Source of the DNA: Cystobasidiomycetes sp. EMM_F5
Lineage: Eukaryota
Assembly: GCA_051047955.1 (NCBI GenBank)
Contig: JBPGPT010000054.1
Coordinates: forward strand, 1-64,000
Length of the DNA: 64,000 nucleotides
Direction of reading: 5' to 3'
Under the pieces are notes generated by a model. That model had not been told where the DNA came from. It did not search any database and saw only the letters and a program-made list of their open reading frames with translations. Shown here piece by piece: positions 14,451 through 26,790 of the stretch (positions within the stretch are counted from its first letter, which is position 1; every line of letters starts with the position of its first letter). The position numbers and the translations under genes are program-made.

Positions 14451-16951
14451 TCAGTTCTGGCACACCGCATGCCCGTCTCCGCGGGGGTCAGACCCTGCAG
14501 CCCACACCTTTCTCCCGCTGACCTTGTCGGTGACGCGCTGGATAATCTGACCTCGTCCAAACATCATCTGACCGATGCCTGCAGACGATGACACATTACC
14601 CATCTATCAGCATACTCTGACCCATCACACTTTCCCATTATTCAATACACTCACCCTTTGTAGTGCCCACCTGGTGACCCATCTCGCCTAGTCTCTTGAC
14701 AACCTCTGGGTCAAAGCCTTCCTCGAAAAAGACTTCAGAATTGATGTCACCAGCAGAAGCAGCTTGCTCAGCAGCTCCTCCCGTGCCCGGTCCAGACGAG
14801 GGTGAGCTCGTCTCGGGTGGCATGCCCGCACTGATGCAGAAGCGAGGCACATCCAGTGCATTCTGCGGGTTGAACCCCTTGTGCAACATATTGAGCATGA
14901 CCTGAGTGTGACCTTGAGGTTGCATGAAACCGCCTGAGTATATTGACGAATCAGCCTTTCGCCACTGTCAGCCAGTTTACATAAACGCACCCATCACCCC
15001 AAACGCCATAAACAGCTCATCCTTGTCCCCCTCTTTCTCTCCCTTCTTAGTGAGCATGGCAGGAATGATGGTATGGTACGGTCTCTTTTTGCCCTTGAGG
15101 ACGTTCGGGTGCCCTTCTTCGAGGGTAAAGCCTGCCCCGCGGTTCTGCAGTGTAAAGCCACATCCTTTCGGCACGATACCCGTACCGACACCGGCATAGT
15201 TGGAAAAGATGAAACTGCAAGCATTGCCGTCCGCGTCGGATGTAGTGAGGTAGACGGTATCGCTCGAAGCGAGAGGCGTGCCGCGTCGGACATCCGCAGT
15301 AGCCTTCTTTGGGTTGAAGAGCTGTGCTCGCTTGCGGAGGTATTCCTATGTACGCCCTTCAGTATCCTGAATGACCTTCCAACAGCCTCTCCGTCACTCA
15401 CCTTACTGAGCATCTGCTCAAGGGGAACATGAACATGCTGCATATCTGCAATGTAGGCTCTCGTGTCTGCAAAAGCCAATCTGAGAGCTTCGATAGCAGC
15501 ATGGGTGTACTCGACGCTGTTGTGCTCCGCCTTGGACATATCCACGAGGCCCAGCTCTTGCATCTGCTCGAGGATACCCATCGCAATGAGCGGTGTCAGA
15601 CCTTGGCCGTTCGGGGGACATTCGTGTAATGTAAAGTGATCTTGGTATGTGTAGCTGATTGGATCCACTAGCTCGGACTCGTGCGCTGCCAGATCAGAAA
15701 GCTGGATGTGCCCGCCTTTGGACTGGACGACTACGAACAGAGCAGCGCATCACGTTAGACTCGCCAGTAGCGCACAAAGCATCCATTTGATTGAGAAACA
15801 TACCCTCGGCAATGGCTTCCGCGATCCGTCCCTCGTAGTAGCCCTTCTTGCCATTCTCTCCAAGACTACGCAGAGTCTTGGCCAGATTCGGATTGGAGAA
15901 GATCTGGCCAACCTCTGGCGCTTTTCCGTTTGAACACAACATCTCTGCACCGTTTGGGGATTGGTTCTTGAGCTTGTTTTCAGACTTCTTCCATAGGTAT
16001 GATCTGATTGGGGATAGTACATCAATGTTGTGACTCGTGAAAGGCTGAAATAGAGACAGAGACTGACGTGGTTTCAGAGACGGGGAAGCCTTCCTCGGCC
16101 AACCGGATAGCGGGTTCGAGGACTTGCAGCAGGCTCAGCTTGCCAGACCCGAAAGTCTTGATGGTGTCAGCAAAACCTGCTGCAGCTCCTGGCACGGTTA
16201 CGCTGGTAGGGTAGAATAGATTGTCAGATCAACCGATGAAGCTCGATAGCCCATATCGACCTACGCATGCACGCTGAGCAGAGGACTGATTGAAAAGGGG
16301 AGATGACACGTCAGGCTCAGTGTGTCGCGCGGAATAGAGGATCCCCACATTTCTCTCCCATTGATCCCGTCTTTTCGAACAGTATCCATGTCGAGCTTCT
16401 CCGGACTTCTCCCACTCCCATTGATGCCCTTGAGGGTCTTTGTGCTTTCATCCCAGTAGAGTGCAAACATGTCTCCGCCCATGCCGCAGTTGACTGGCTC
16501 GCACACGGACAGAGCGGCGGCGCTATGTTAGTCAGTTGCAGGGTGTGTACATCAGTCAGATGCAGGGTGTGAATATCAGTACATGCTGTCATGGTGCGGA
16601 GACTTTTGGTGTATGCCCACACTGCGACTGCTGCGTCTGCCGCATTTCCTCCCTTGTTTAGGATCTGTACAAAGGACATTATACAATGTCGATGCAATCC
16701 TTGCTGTCGCACTGTACGACATGTATACCTACCTCTAGCCCAATCTGCGAAGCGAGAGGCTGGGTGGAAGCAGCGACGCCTGGGGACAAAGAGAGTCGTT
16801 AGTCTGTTTAAACACTGTTAGACTAAACCCTCCCACCCTTTGCAGACCACACAACGCTTCTCCTCGAGCTGAAGCTAAACTTGTCATAGTCTGGGTTGAC
16901 TGCCCCGTCCTGGATGTGGCTCCAGAGGAGGTTGTTTACGGAGGAGGGCAT
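14451..16951 (-). CDS. Gamma-glutamyltranspeptidase-family Ntn hydrolase (soluble YwrD/HpxW-like type)
   Basis: [38 protein letters not shown], autoproteolysis site [23 protein letters not shown] and SDPRGDG. Confidence 0.92.
16531..16580. repeat. Imperfect 24-bp tandem duplication inside a GGT intron
   Basis: gtcagttgcagggtgtgtacatca followed by gtcagatgcagggtgtgaatatca. Confidence 0.8.
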
Positions 16952-17151
16952 GGTGGAGTGTTGTTTATATATCTTGCTGGTGTCAGTAGTCAGTAAGTAT
17001 TCCAATCAATCCAATTGCAATGCTTCCAACCTTTTCAATACAAATTACTTCAATCTTCGGCTCCGGATCTGCAACTTCGGCTTGCAATCCTCCAATTATA
17101 CGACAACCCGATAAGGGAGCATATGATAATAAACGATATCTCGTATAAGAT

Positions 17152-17916
17152 ATGGCAGCCCCGACACTGTCCGCCCGAGCAACTCCTGCAGACGCAGCAC
17201 TTCCGCTCTTTGCTCGGGGTGTCCTGGATCTTTTGGCGAGCTGGCCGGCGCTGAGACTGGCGAGGACGCACGGATGGTCTGCCAGGCGAAGTAACAACAC
17301 CGCGACAGCGAGCGACGGCTTGTCCGATGTAGCCCAGTTTCCGCCAGAGACGCCGCATCAAAAGCAGACGAGATTTGCAGAAGAATTGGTGGATGCATAC
17401 TATTCCGCAGCGACGACATTGCAAGACTCGTCCATACCCTCCAGGACATCCTCCACACACCCTCCCACTTCCACCGCAGTCTTGTCGTTGCCAGACAAGG
17501 ACCAACTCGAAGACTTTCTCCTCGACTTTTTTGAATACGAGTATGGCGTAGGTCTGGAGGACGGGAGTGAGGTGCAAGTCGTGAAGGATCTGAACGCAAT
17601 GTGGGACGAGTGCATGAGGGCGGGCAGTGGGCATCCAAGTTTTTCAGACAGTCTCTTGGAACGGTTTGCTAGACTGGCTCAGAAAGCAGCATCCGAAGAC
17701 CGAGACCCGACAACCGCATACAGAGGGACTAGAACCGGAGAGCAGGATGATGGTGACGACGACGACAGCGAAAGCGACGAGAGCGGAGATGACGCATTTG
17801 TCCAGGGCGATGGCATGGACGTGGATGGCATACCGCCGCTCAAAGAAAAGCAAGAACCGACAGTAGACGACGACGGCTTCACTATGGTCTCGAGCAGAAA
17901 AGGTCACCGACGTTGA
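17152..17916 (+). CDS. TSR2: Pre-rRNA-processing protein Tsr2
   Basis: Single ORF with FARGV...WPALRLA...GW, LEDFL...LEDGS and an acidic tail ending DDDGFTMV. Confidence 0.88.
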   Translation: MAAPTLSARATPADAALPLFARGVLDLLASWPALRLARTHGWSARRSNNTATASDGLSDVAQFPPETPHQKQTRFAEELVDAYYSAATTLQDSSIPSRTSSTHPPTSTAVLSLPDKDQLEDFLLDFFEYEYGVGLEDGSEVQVVKDLNAMWDECMRAGSGHPSFSDSLLERFARLAQKAASEDRDPTTAYRGTRTGEQDDGDDDDSESDESGDDAFVQGDGMDVDGIPPLKEKQEPTVDDDGFTMVSSRKGHRR

Positions 17917-18169
17917 TGGCTCCGGAGCGCCCACGCCTAAATCATCTCTTTTCTCAATAACATGTTCAACGCACAACGGCATATCGTCAAATACATTATA
18001 TCGATGCCAGGGAAACTGCATACACAATGCGAGGGGACTCTTCTCGGCCATTCCGACCATTGGCAAGCCAAGGCTGCCATTGCGGGGCTGTGCACAAGCA
18101 AAACTGCGGAACGGATAGATCCCAAAAGCCAAAGACCGCGGAGCTCGCATGTGCGGCTCAAATAAGCAT

Positions 18170-21100
18170 TCAGGCCTACGACGAGAGAAGGCGAGGAGCA
18201 TAGGGTGACGTGATGGAGACAACCAGTCAGCAAAAGTCACCTCTAATCTGCACCGCACTCACCAAGTATCGCAAAATTTTACGATTCTTGTCATCCCGTT
18301 CGAGGTAGTCCTTTTCAATGAGTCGCTCGATAGCCAGCTTGATCATCTGAATCTTTGGTGTGAAGCGTCTACTGAGCTGTGACGTGACTTCTGCCACCAA
18401 TTCCGTATGGACCATCTCCTTTCTCTGCTTCATAATGCGCACGAGCGCTGCGTCGACAACTTGCGCCCGTTCTCGATCTACACGCTCGTCCGTCACGCGC
18501 CCTTCTTCCGTCGTCTCGACACGGTTGGCAATGGTCGCGATTTTGATACGCACCATCGGCGCACTGAAGTTGGTGTTGAAGCTAAACGTATCGCTAGCCC
18601 CGATATTGCGCGAGGCTGGCGTCTTTGTGAGGATCTTGTATTTGGCACAAGCGAGTGACTGTAGAGTTCGCTTCAGGTAGGATTCTGGTAGTCCAGTCGC
18701 AACTTGTATATCCTGCAGAAGTAAAGAGCGCGACTCAGTGATACAGGGACAATATGAATAAAGAGTTTCGCCCGCTCACTGCATATGACAACTTCTCGCC
18801 ATCTGCCAGATTCTCGAAATGCGCAAGAACGACCATTCCATGGGTTGCGAGGTTAATCTCCTTGATGCCCTTAGCAAAGCGGACTTTGACGTCCACTGAT
18901 CCATGCTCTGGGTGCCACGATAATTTCCTGCCAGTATATCGCGTGTCGAAATACCTCTCAAAGCTCTTTGTGATTCTCATAAACTGAGGCGGCAGGATAC
19001 ACGCGACATCTGGCGTGGTAGGCCAGAACGAGGCGGTACAGATCTGAACGGCCAGCTCAAGTTCTGGTCGGTCAGAAGATAGGCTTTCCGCATACTTCCG
19101 GTATCCCGAATTGAGCTCGTCGGAGAAACCGACATCCTTCAGCATGCCCTCGGCTTTGGCTACAAAGGCAGCTCCGCACTCGAGTTTGAGCTTCTGGAGC
19201 AGTCCACGTTCTGCATCATCAGAAACACTTCGACCGAAATAGAGCCGGCGAGCAAGGTGACGCTTGTAATAGTCCTCAAATACGTCCTTGTCGGTAAGAT
19301 AGCGGAACAGCACAATTGTCTTGTCCAGCAAAGTCTCGACCTCGGCTTCGTTTTTCTGTACACAGCAAAAGACCGATGAGCAGCATAGGACAATCGCAAT
19401 CTCTGGACTTGATTTGGCTCACCCCCTTCAAGCCTTTCTTGAGCATCTCGTCCAGGAAGATGCTGATATATTCCGGACTCTTCTTGACTTGGTTGATAAA
19501 TGTCACAAAGGCCTAGATTGGATAGTCACAATATTAGCCTTGCGTCTTTCAACCAGCTGTTACATTTCCACAAACATCATTGATGGCATTTTGGAATAAT
19601 CGATCTTTTTCAAATGACTCTGCCCAAACCCTGTCCATCTTGTCTTTGAGCGCCAAAACAGAAGTGACCCATTCGATACCTGCATTATTCGAGGGCACTG
19701 ATGTCGCAGGAGCAGGCTTGCCGTTTCTGCCTGTCGAAGTAGCATCACCATCCTCAGCTCTTGCTTTGCCTTTGTCGAGTGATGACTTGGTTGCAGCTTC
19801 CGCGTCATCATCGGCGTCGCCAACTGCTGGTTTCGCGTTCGATTGACCCGACGGGATACCGGTAGCTGCTGCTTCCGATAATCTCGCACCCTGCTCTACA
19901 GTCCAGGCTTTGATGGCGCGAGTCATGAGTGCGTGTCCATCGCCGACTCTGCCGAGAAGCCTATACATCCTCCCTAGATCTTGCATATTCTCTTCTGCCA
20001 GTAGGAAGGGAATGCCAGACGTAGGATTTGCAAGAAGCATCTGAACATTTTCGCCAATGAGCGTCACATCCAGTATCGAGAGCAATAGTGGCTCGGTCGA
20101 AGGGTGCAGATAAGTCGCCGTTCGTTCGAGTTCCTCTTTAAGCCTCCTGTCTACTCTGGCAAGGAAGTCTGATGTCGTGTAATGTTCTAGGTTATACTCT
20201 GCCTCGGCTCGGTAGTACTGGCGAGTGCTTTCCAGAAATTCAGATTCCCAGTATGACTTGTACACACTTTCGCCTTCACCCTTCTTGCCTTCCACAGACA
20301 CCTCGCGCAGCTCACACAGCATGCTTGTCAGCGTGCTCAACAGACTCCGGCTGACGACTTCTCCGTCTCGCTCGAGGCGTATCAGAGCAAGCGATACTGA
20401 AAGGACGGTATTGGATATGGCAATTTCCGGATTCCGTAAGAGTGTTGTGAGAAACGCATGCAAGCCGAGAGTGTATGTTTTGGCAAGTCCGGCAGCTTCA
20501 GTGTAGACTTTGTCCTGATGATGTTGCGATACGATCAGTCCGAGTCCGACCCTTTGGCGTGTGCAGCCGTACCATGTACTTGAGTATATCTCTTAACTTC
20601 CTCATGACATGTTTGTGATCTTCCCACGCGCCCTTGAGTGCTGTCAGGAACGTCTCTCCCTCCATGGCCTGTGACAGTCGGTCATCGCGCTGCGGTCTCG
20701 ACGAAGGTCCGGCAATCGCATCTTCGTGTTTCGCCCCTGAAGCGCTATCCGCAACGGGGTGGGACGTGCTTGAAGTCGAAATCGCAGACGAAAGAAGGGA
20801 GACGGTCGGAAAAGCGGGCTCTACGCGGTGTCGGGCTTCGTTGTTTAGGTGTTTAATGATTAGTTCGGTGACGCCGTTATACAGCATTTCCGGTTGTTTG
20901 TGGAGGACGAGCTGTCGATAACAAGGCGCAGTATGTCGACATTGTCAGCTCTTCAATCGTATTGTAAGTAATGATGCCACAATTTCAGCGCACGAGGTAG
21001 GCATATCGGTAGCTGGAAACGGATGGAAAGCAGTCTCGTTAATCAGCCTCTACACCCATCAGAGCACCGACTAGCAACCCACTGCACTTCAAACGACAGT

Positions 21101-21328
21101 TTACTCGCATTCTTGCGCTGAATCTCCTCGATGGCCCTCGACAACCGTCGAAAGGTGTCCTTGAGCGCTTCTTCAGTCTGGTCGTGCTGCGAGTAGCACA
21201 GTGTGCTTTAATTCAGTATATAATGATCCATAACGTCCGCTTCCTTGTCCATGGTGCACCTTTGGCGGCGGCTTCACTCGCTTTGCCGTTCTCCTGGACG
21301 GCGACGGGATAGCCGTGGAGCTCTGCAT
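18170..21328 (-). CDS. CUL3: Cullin-3
   Basis: LYNGV, WEDH...LRDILKYMD, SPEYISIFLDE.LKKG, LFRYL.DKDVFE.YYKRHLARRL and the Nedd8 domain AALVRIMKQRK...LIEKDYLER; multi-exon. Confidence 0.93.
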
Positions 21329-21749
21329 GGGTTCAGGATATGCTATGACGAGCAATATAACCGCAGTAAGGCCATGTCCATTATTTCTAGTAAATGTTGA
21401 CACAAGTCCAGATTGCAAATCAATGTATGTATCCAAATTGTAGTGGAACGTGTAAAGTCTTGGATCAAGCTTCCATCAAAGAAGTACTTAAGCTGCAGTG
21501 AGGATATCAAGTATATCTCTGAAGAGCAAGCCAAACTTGACTTGCGAAAAAGCACGGTAACGCTTTTGCGGAAAAGAACGTAGATAAGTGTACATTATAT
21601 CATCAAACTTGTATGGACAACGTGAACAGCGCTGAAGACTGACCACTGCGTACATCTCACACCATATCGCGTATACAGACCGCATAAACATCGTCGTGCG
21701 GTGGATCGACTGAGCTGACGGAAAGGGATCCAATGGCAACCGCTTGCCA

Positions 21750-23994
21750 TCATGGAGAATAGCGGAAAGCCTTGTTCTCGCGGTCCGTCATGTCCTTCAA
21801 TCCTGAGACAATCTGACTGGTACGCGCTTCTGCGCTATCCAGTGTCGGATCATTGAGTGCCGCCTTGTCCCTTCGCTTGTTTTCGAGCGTCATCAAGCTC
21901 CAGCTTGCCCAGTAGCAGATTACGAGCGCAATCTGGAAACACATGACTGTCAGTAAGCCCGTGTGATACGTCGGCGCCTCATTAGCGAGGAAGGCGAAGG
22001 GTATGACGATGTTTGATACGCATTGGGCAATGAAGATGAGCGAGGAGACAGTAGTTTTCTTAGAAGCGCCAGCAAAGTTGCAGCCGACGACTGAAAGAAT
22101 CGTTGTGAATGAGCCTGCGAAAGGATCAAGCGACAGGATTGGTACAATTGTCAGTCTGCGCCTCATTTCCAGACAGTATTCAGAATTTTGACGCTTACAA
22201 TTGTTGCTGAACCAAGTAACAATTTGAGCACAAGAGAATGTCGTCAGCTGTCGTCGCTATATCTGCACAGAGTGTTAAATGCCCTTACAGTGCAATCATA
22301 TACATCATGCCCAACAATAGATTGCGGTTCTGAGGCGTAGGATAGTGTGTGTAGACGACCGCGGTAGCAGCCACAACACAACAAGCGGCCACGCTGAGCA
22401 TAGGTTGCTTGAGATTGCGGAAAGTCTTCGTAAAGCTGGCGAGACCAGTGACAAGCAAACAGACGACGGCCTGGATTGCGAAGGACGGCGTCGAGAGGAG
22501 GATCGTTCGAAGTTGATCAAAGCCGAGGCCAGCAATGAGTAGACCTTGGAAATTGGTAACGACAGCTCCTCCAGACTGACTGAGGAAGAGAGTCATGACG
22601 ACCCTGTGCGAACAAAGTCAGTAACGACCCTCGACCCATATCATCACACTTACAACCACACTCGAATATCGGTAAGTGCTTCCCAGCATTGCGACCACTT
22701 CCATGTCGAATTCTTGATACCAGTCTGACTTCGAGCGACTCGCTCGACTGCAATGGCTCTTTCGCGAGTATTTAACCAAGGCGTGTTGGCTGGATTATCC
22801 GGTACAAGCCACCACATAATGACTCCAGTCAGGAAAGTGAGAATGCCAAGAAGGAGAAAGATAAGCCTCCACGGTTGGAGACTGGTTCCTGTAGCGTGGC
22901 CCAGACCTAAAAAGGATGCAGAGGTCAGGGAGTGGGAATGGGTACGAAGCTAGAATACGGTGATACTTACCATAGAAGATAACCAACATAGGAATGGGCA
23001 GGAGACCATTTGTCAAAGTCCAGAGGCCGAATCGCCATGGCTGCTCTTGCTGTCGGTAAAATCGGCCCGTGAGGATTGTAAAGCCCGGGCTTAAACAGCT
23101 CTCTGTCAGCCCCAGACAGAACCTAGCAATCGCAACGCCTGTGAAGTCTTTAACTCCCAACATCGCCAAAATGGTTATGGCCCAAGCCATGGTCATGATC
23201 GACAGGAATTTGCCCATGTGAAGCTTCTGCATCGCCAGCAGGGACGGATATGTTCCTACTAGATAGCCGAAATAGAACTGAAGTTTACATTCCATCGCGA
23301 TTTATTCGATGTACGAGCAAGAGAACAGATTGAAAAGCAGAAAGAAGTTAATAACTGCTCGAAGCGGTGTTGAAGATGACAAAGAGGGCGCTTACCAGAC
23401 TGCCCACAATTGTATCGCGGTTTATTCGAGGTACAGGGCAAGAGAACGAATTGACAAGCAGAGTGAACTCAATGACTGCTCGAAGTGGTGTTCAGGATGA
23501 CAGAGAGGGCCCTTACCTGACAGCCCACGAGTATTGTGTGCCAACGAGATTAAGATCTGTCTTCAAGCCGAAGACGGCGGCGTTTCCAAGGGCTAGCCAC
23601 AAAAAAATTTACCACCGTCAGCTAGTAGCCGCGGCCATGTGAATATAAGTCGTACGCACCAGACTTGTCGACGAATTGTATTCCACACGTCCACGCCATG
23701 ATTGGTAGAAGCCGCCAATCGATTTTGCGCAAGACCCTCTTCTCTGTATAATCGGCTGAAAAGTCAGTCGGGAGAGTTCAGATCAGAGAATGAGTATAGT
23801 GGGACTTATTCATCTTCTGTAAAATCCAAATTCTGGCCTTTGAGTGCTTGACCTGCATCGTCGCCCTCGAGCTCGCTGTCTTCGAGGATCATGGGCATGG
23901 CATGCTCCCGGCCGAGCTCGGTATGCCCGATCTTCTCGTCCATCTTGGAGGTAGCATCAGTGGATGCGGAGGAGTCCAAACGATTCAAGACCAT
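21750..23994 (-). CDS. MFS transporter, DAL5/allantoate permease (anion:cation symporter) family
   Basis: RKIDWRLLP, YSWAVSLFYFGYL (via a 4-nt exon), RFCLGLTE, PDNPANTPWL, NFAGASKK, EAPTY..G and DMTDRENKAFRY. Confidence 0.92.
23294..23533. repeat. ~120-bp direct tandem duplication forming two homologous introns in the MFS gene
   Basis: 23294-23395 aligns to 23414-23516 at roughly 80-85% identity by hand alignment; the similarity extends into the adjacent exon sequence. Confidence 0.9.
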
Positions 23995-24328
23995 CTTGAA
24001 TGGCCTTGAAGGGTACGTAGGATATAGCCGGATAGAGTTTCGGAAATGAAGTAAGGATGGAGGGCAGTCTTGACGGCGGAAACAGCTGGGGTGGGAGGAA
24101 AGAGGGAGAGAGGAGTCGTCAGTGTGCAGAGAGTGCGCATTTGAGGCGCCCCGGGGTGTTCAATATGTGGCAGAAGTCAGCGGTAGGGCGGCCCGACAAC
24201 CGAAAGCTCCAGCATCGGGCCGCCGAGCCGACTATTGAACTGTTCATCCAGGCGGCTGGGCAGAGGCTTGATTAATACCATCGTCAGCATCAAGGCGCTG
24301 GTGTCAGCCCGTAACATGTCAGCCAGAC

Positions 24329-25499
24329 ATGGATAGCCCCGCTCAGACCCTCATCATCCATGAACCGCTGTATAAGATAGATACGCAGTTGGGCGAGGGA
24401 CCGCTGTATGATCCACAACGAGATGTGCTTCATTTCGTTGATGTGTCAGTGTTTGGATCATTGTCAGCTTCTCACTATCTTGGCTAAAGCATCCCGTCTC
24501 TCAGCGGCAAGAACACAGTCCATCATTTAGACATCAAGTCTGGGAATCTTTCCACAGACTACTACAGCGATTGCATAACATCGTTGGCTTTCCGCAAGAA
24601 TGGTCAGGGTGTAAGTCAGGTCATGCAGCATTGCCGTGGCTTGATCTGACATACGAAACGGAAACAGCTCATTGCAATCGCACGAGAAGGGCTTGCTGTC
24701 ATAGAATACCCTACAACGTCACGCTCGTCGCCACAGGAGCCTCACAAGCTGAATTACATTTGCGAGAATCCAATTCCTGCTTCCCTTCGAGATGTGCGCA
24801 TGTTCAACGACAGCGCCATCGACCAAAGAGGAAGACTATTTGCCGGTTCCAAGACACTGAGAGGTCAGCCATTCCTGGAAGAGACACGTCCCGGCCGCTT
24901 CTACAAGGTCGAGAAAGCTAAAGATGGGGTGCATTGGGTTTCGGAAGAAGTCGAGGCTATTGGACATTGTGTCGTGCCAAATGGAGCAGGTTTCAGTCCA
25001 GACTCCAAGACCTTCTACGTTGCCGATACAAGAGCCTTCAAGGTGTATGCATTCGACTACAACCTTGGCACCGGCGATCTGTCGAACCGAAGAGTCTTTG
25101 CAGAAACGCCTTGGGAGGGACGACCGGATGGCTTGACGATCGATGCCGAGGGATACGTGTGGGTAGCAAAGTAAGCTGACTAGGCTTCGCAGAAGTATCG
25201 GCGGAGGACTGATCTTCACCGTTGCGCACAACTCCAGATACTCCGGCGCGAAGGTCACCCGGTACAATCCACAGGGCAACGTTGCCCTGGAGGTGCTAAT
25301 ACCCAGAGCTCTCAATATTACTTCGGTGTACTTTGGCGGACCAGCAAGAGACATCCTCTACATTACGTCTGGCTCGCTGAACGAGAGCGGAGAGGACGGA
25401 GATGCGGAAAAAGTGCGGCGATACCCACATTCGGGAAGCGTATTTGCTATAAAGATTCCCGGTGTTACTGGAGTAGATAAGCCGCCATTTGACGGGTGA
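24329..25499 (+). CDS. SMP-30/gluconolactonase/regucalcin-family beta-propeller
   Basis: LGEGPLYD, RMFNDSAIDQRGR, PNGAGFSPD, PDGLTIDAEGYVWVA and TSVYFGG...LYITS. Confidence 0.92.
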
Positions 25500-25521
25500 G
25501 ACATACGCCTAGGCATAAAGT

Positions 25522-25830
25522 CTACCGCTTTCTCCGCATCCTGAAGGCCATGATTTGAGTGTTTGAAAGCTCTGGACGCTGCTTGAGCCAGTCCACAGCA
25601 TTGGACACAGTCTCTGATGTTGCGGCATTGTCGGACGGAATATCCGCAACCTGAAAGACCAGTTCCTTTGACATATTGTCAGGACCAACGCTTCCCAGTA
25701 GCATCATCGGCACTGCGCATTGAAGGAGTGCGGCTTCAAGATCAGGATGTGACGCATCTTCCTTCATGGATGCGATGATGTACGTATGGTGCGCAGAGTC
25801 ATAGGCGAGCGGTTGCGTCATTGTAGCCAT
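25522..25830 (-). CDS. Small protein resembling a stand-alone kexin/S8 protease pro-domain
   Basis: Intronless ~102-aa ORF with YDSAHHTYI..., LGSVG.....LVFQV and the C-terminus RMRRKR*. A TATATA lies at 25921. The family assignment is from remembered motif pattern only. Confidence 0.5.
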   Translation of the reverse strand: MATMTQPLAYDSAHHTYIIASMKEDASHPDLEAALLQCAVPMMLLGSVGPDNMSKELVFQVADIPSDNAATSETVSNAVDWLKQRPELSNTQIMAFRMRRKR

Positions 25831-25960
25831 TATGAACGAAGGAAGCTGCACTCTTGTTGCGGTTTCTTGTCAGACGATTCCCAGGCTTAATATGCGATGA
25901 GCTGTCTGCCTTCTGGTGCTTATATATGGTCAATCAGGCTGGATGATGCAGAGCAACAAG

Positions 25961-26732
25961 ATGTCGGATCTCTTTGGTGATTCGGATGAGGATATCAATG
26001 ACGGCGAGCAGGTTTTAACGCGACAGGCGACACTCGAACCAGGTGTTGCGACAGTCGCGGTTCCGTCAATCGATGGCCTGTATCTCTTCCGTGACCTTAT
26101 ATCGCCAGACGTACAAGAGGTAACAATCCAAGCCATCTCTTCCGCCGGGGCACTCTCGTTCAAACACCCGCAAGCCATGATCTTTCCCCGCTATAGCTCT
26201 TCCAATAAGGACACGCACAACTGTCCACTCTACTTGACAGATCTGTTGCACCATCTTAAATCTCTGCTATTCCCGTTGCTACCGACACACGATTTCGACA
26301 CGGTGTTTGACGAAGATCAGCCGCTCCAAACTATTCTCAACTTGTACGAACCGGGCCAGGGCATCGCGCCGCACGTACGTAATTCGGTCGACGTCGTTCA
26401 ACAGAAACTACCTCTGATCTCAGGTTCAGGTTGATCTTCCGCATCGATACGCTGAACCCATTGTGGGGATATCGTTCGGAAGTAGCTGCGTGATGGATTT
26501 CTACCCTCTGGATCAGCCACAACACTGTCAGAGCGTGCTTCTGTGCCCTGGAGACGTGTATGTCCTCGTCAGAGACGCTCGGTACCGGTACAAACACGGT
26601 ATAGCGTATCGAAGTGAAGATACCTATGTAGACGGAGAGGGAGTCGAGCATTGGCACTTACGACGCACAAGAATATCCGTCACATTCAGAAGGATGTTAC
26701 ATGGCGCTGGTCAACTATCTCTTCCAGCATAG
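25961..26732 (+). CDS. AlkB-family 2-oxoglutarate/Fe(II) dioxygenase
   Basis: GLYLF, ILNLYEPGQGIAPH/VD (HxD split by an intron), GISFGS, ARYRYKHGI and RISVTFR. Confidence 0.9.
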
Positions 26733-26790
26733 AGTGGACAACAGCGAAAAACAAAGTTCAGATCACCTATCTACAACGCGTATGCCAAAA

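Noticed and set aside
17050..18258. Several 180-204-aa minus-strand ORFs
   Set aside because: Antisense to TSR2 or read-through of the last CUL3 intron; no motifs.
23294..23533. Possible CRISPR-like or transposon terminal repeat
   Set aside because: Only two degenerate direct copies, with no spacers, terminal inverted repeats or transposase; they coincide with intron boundaries.
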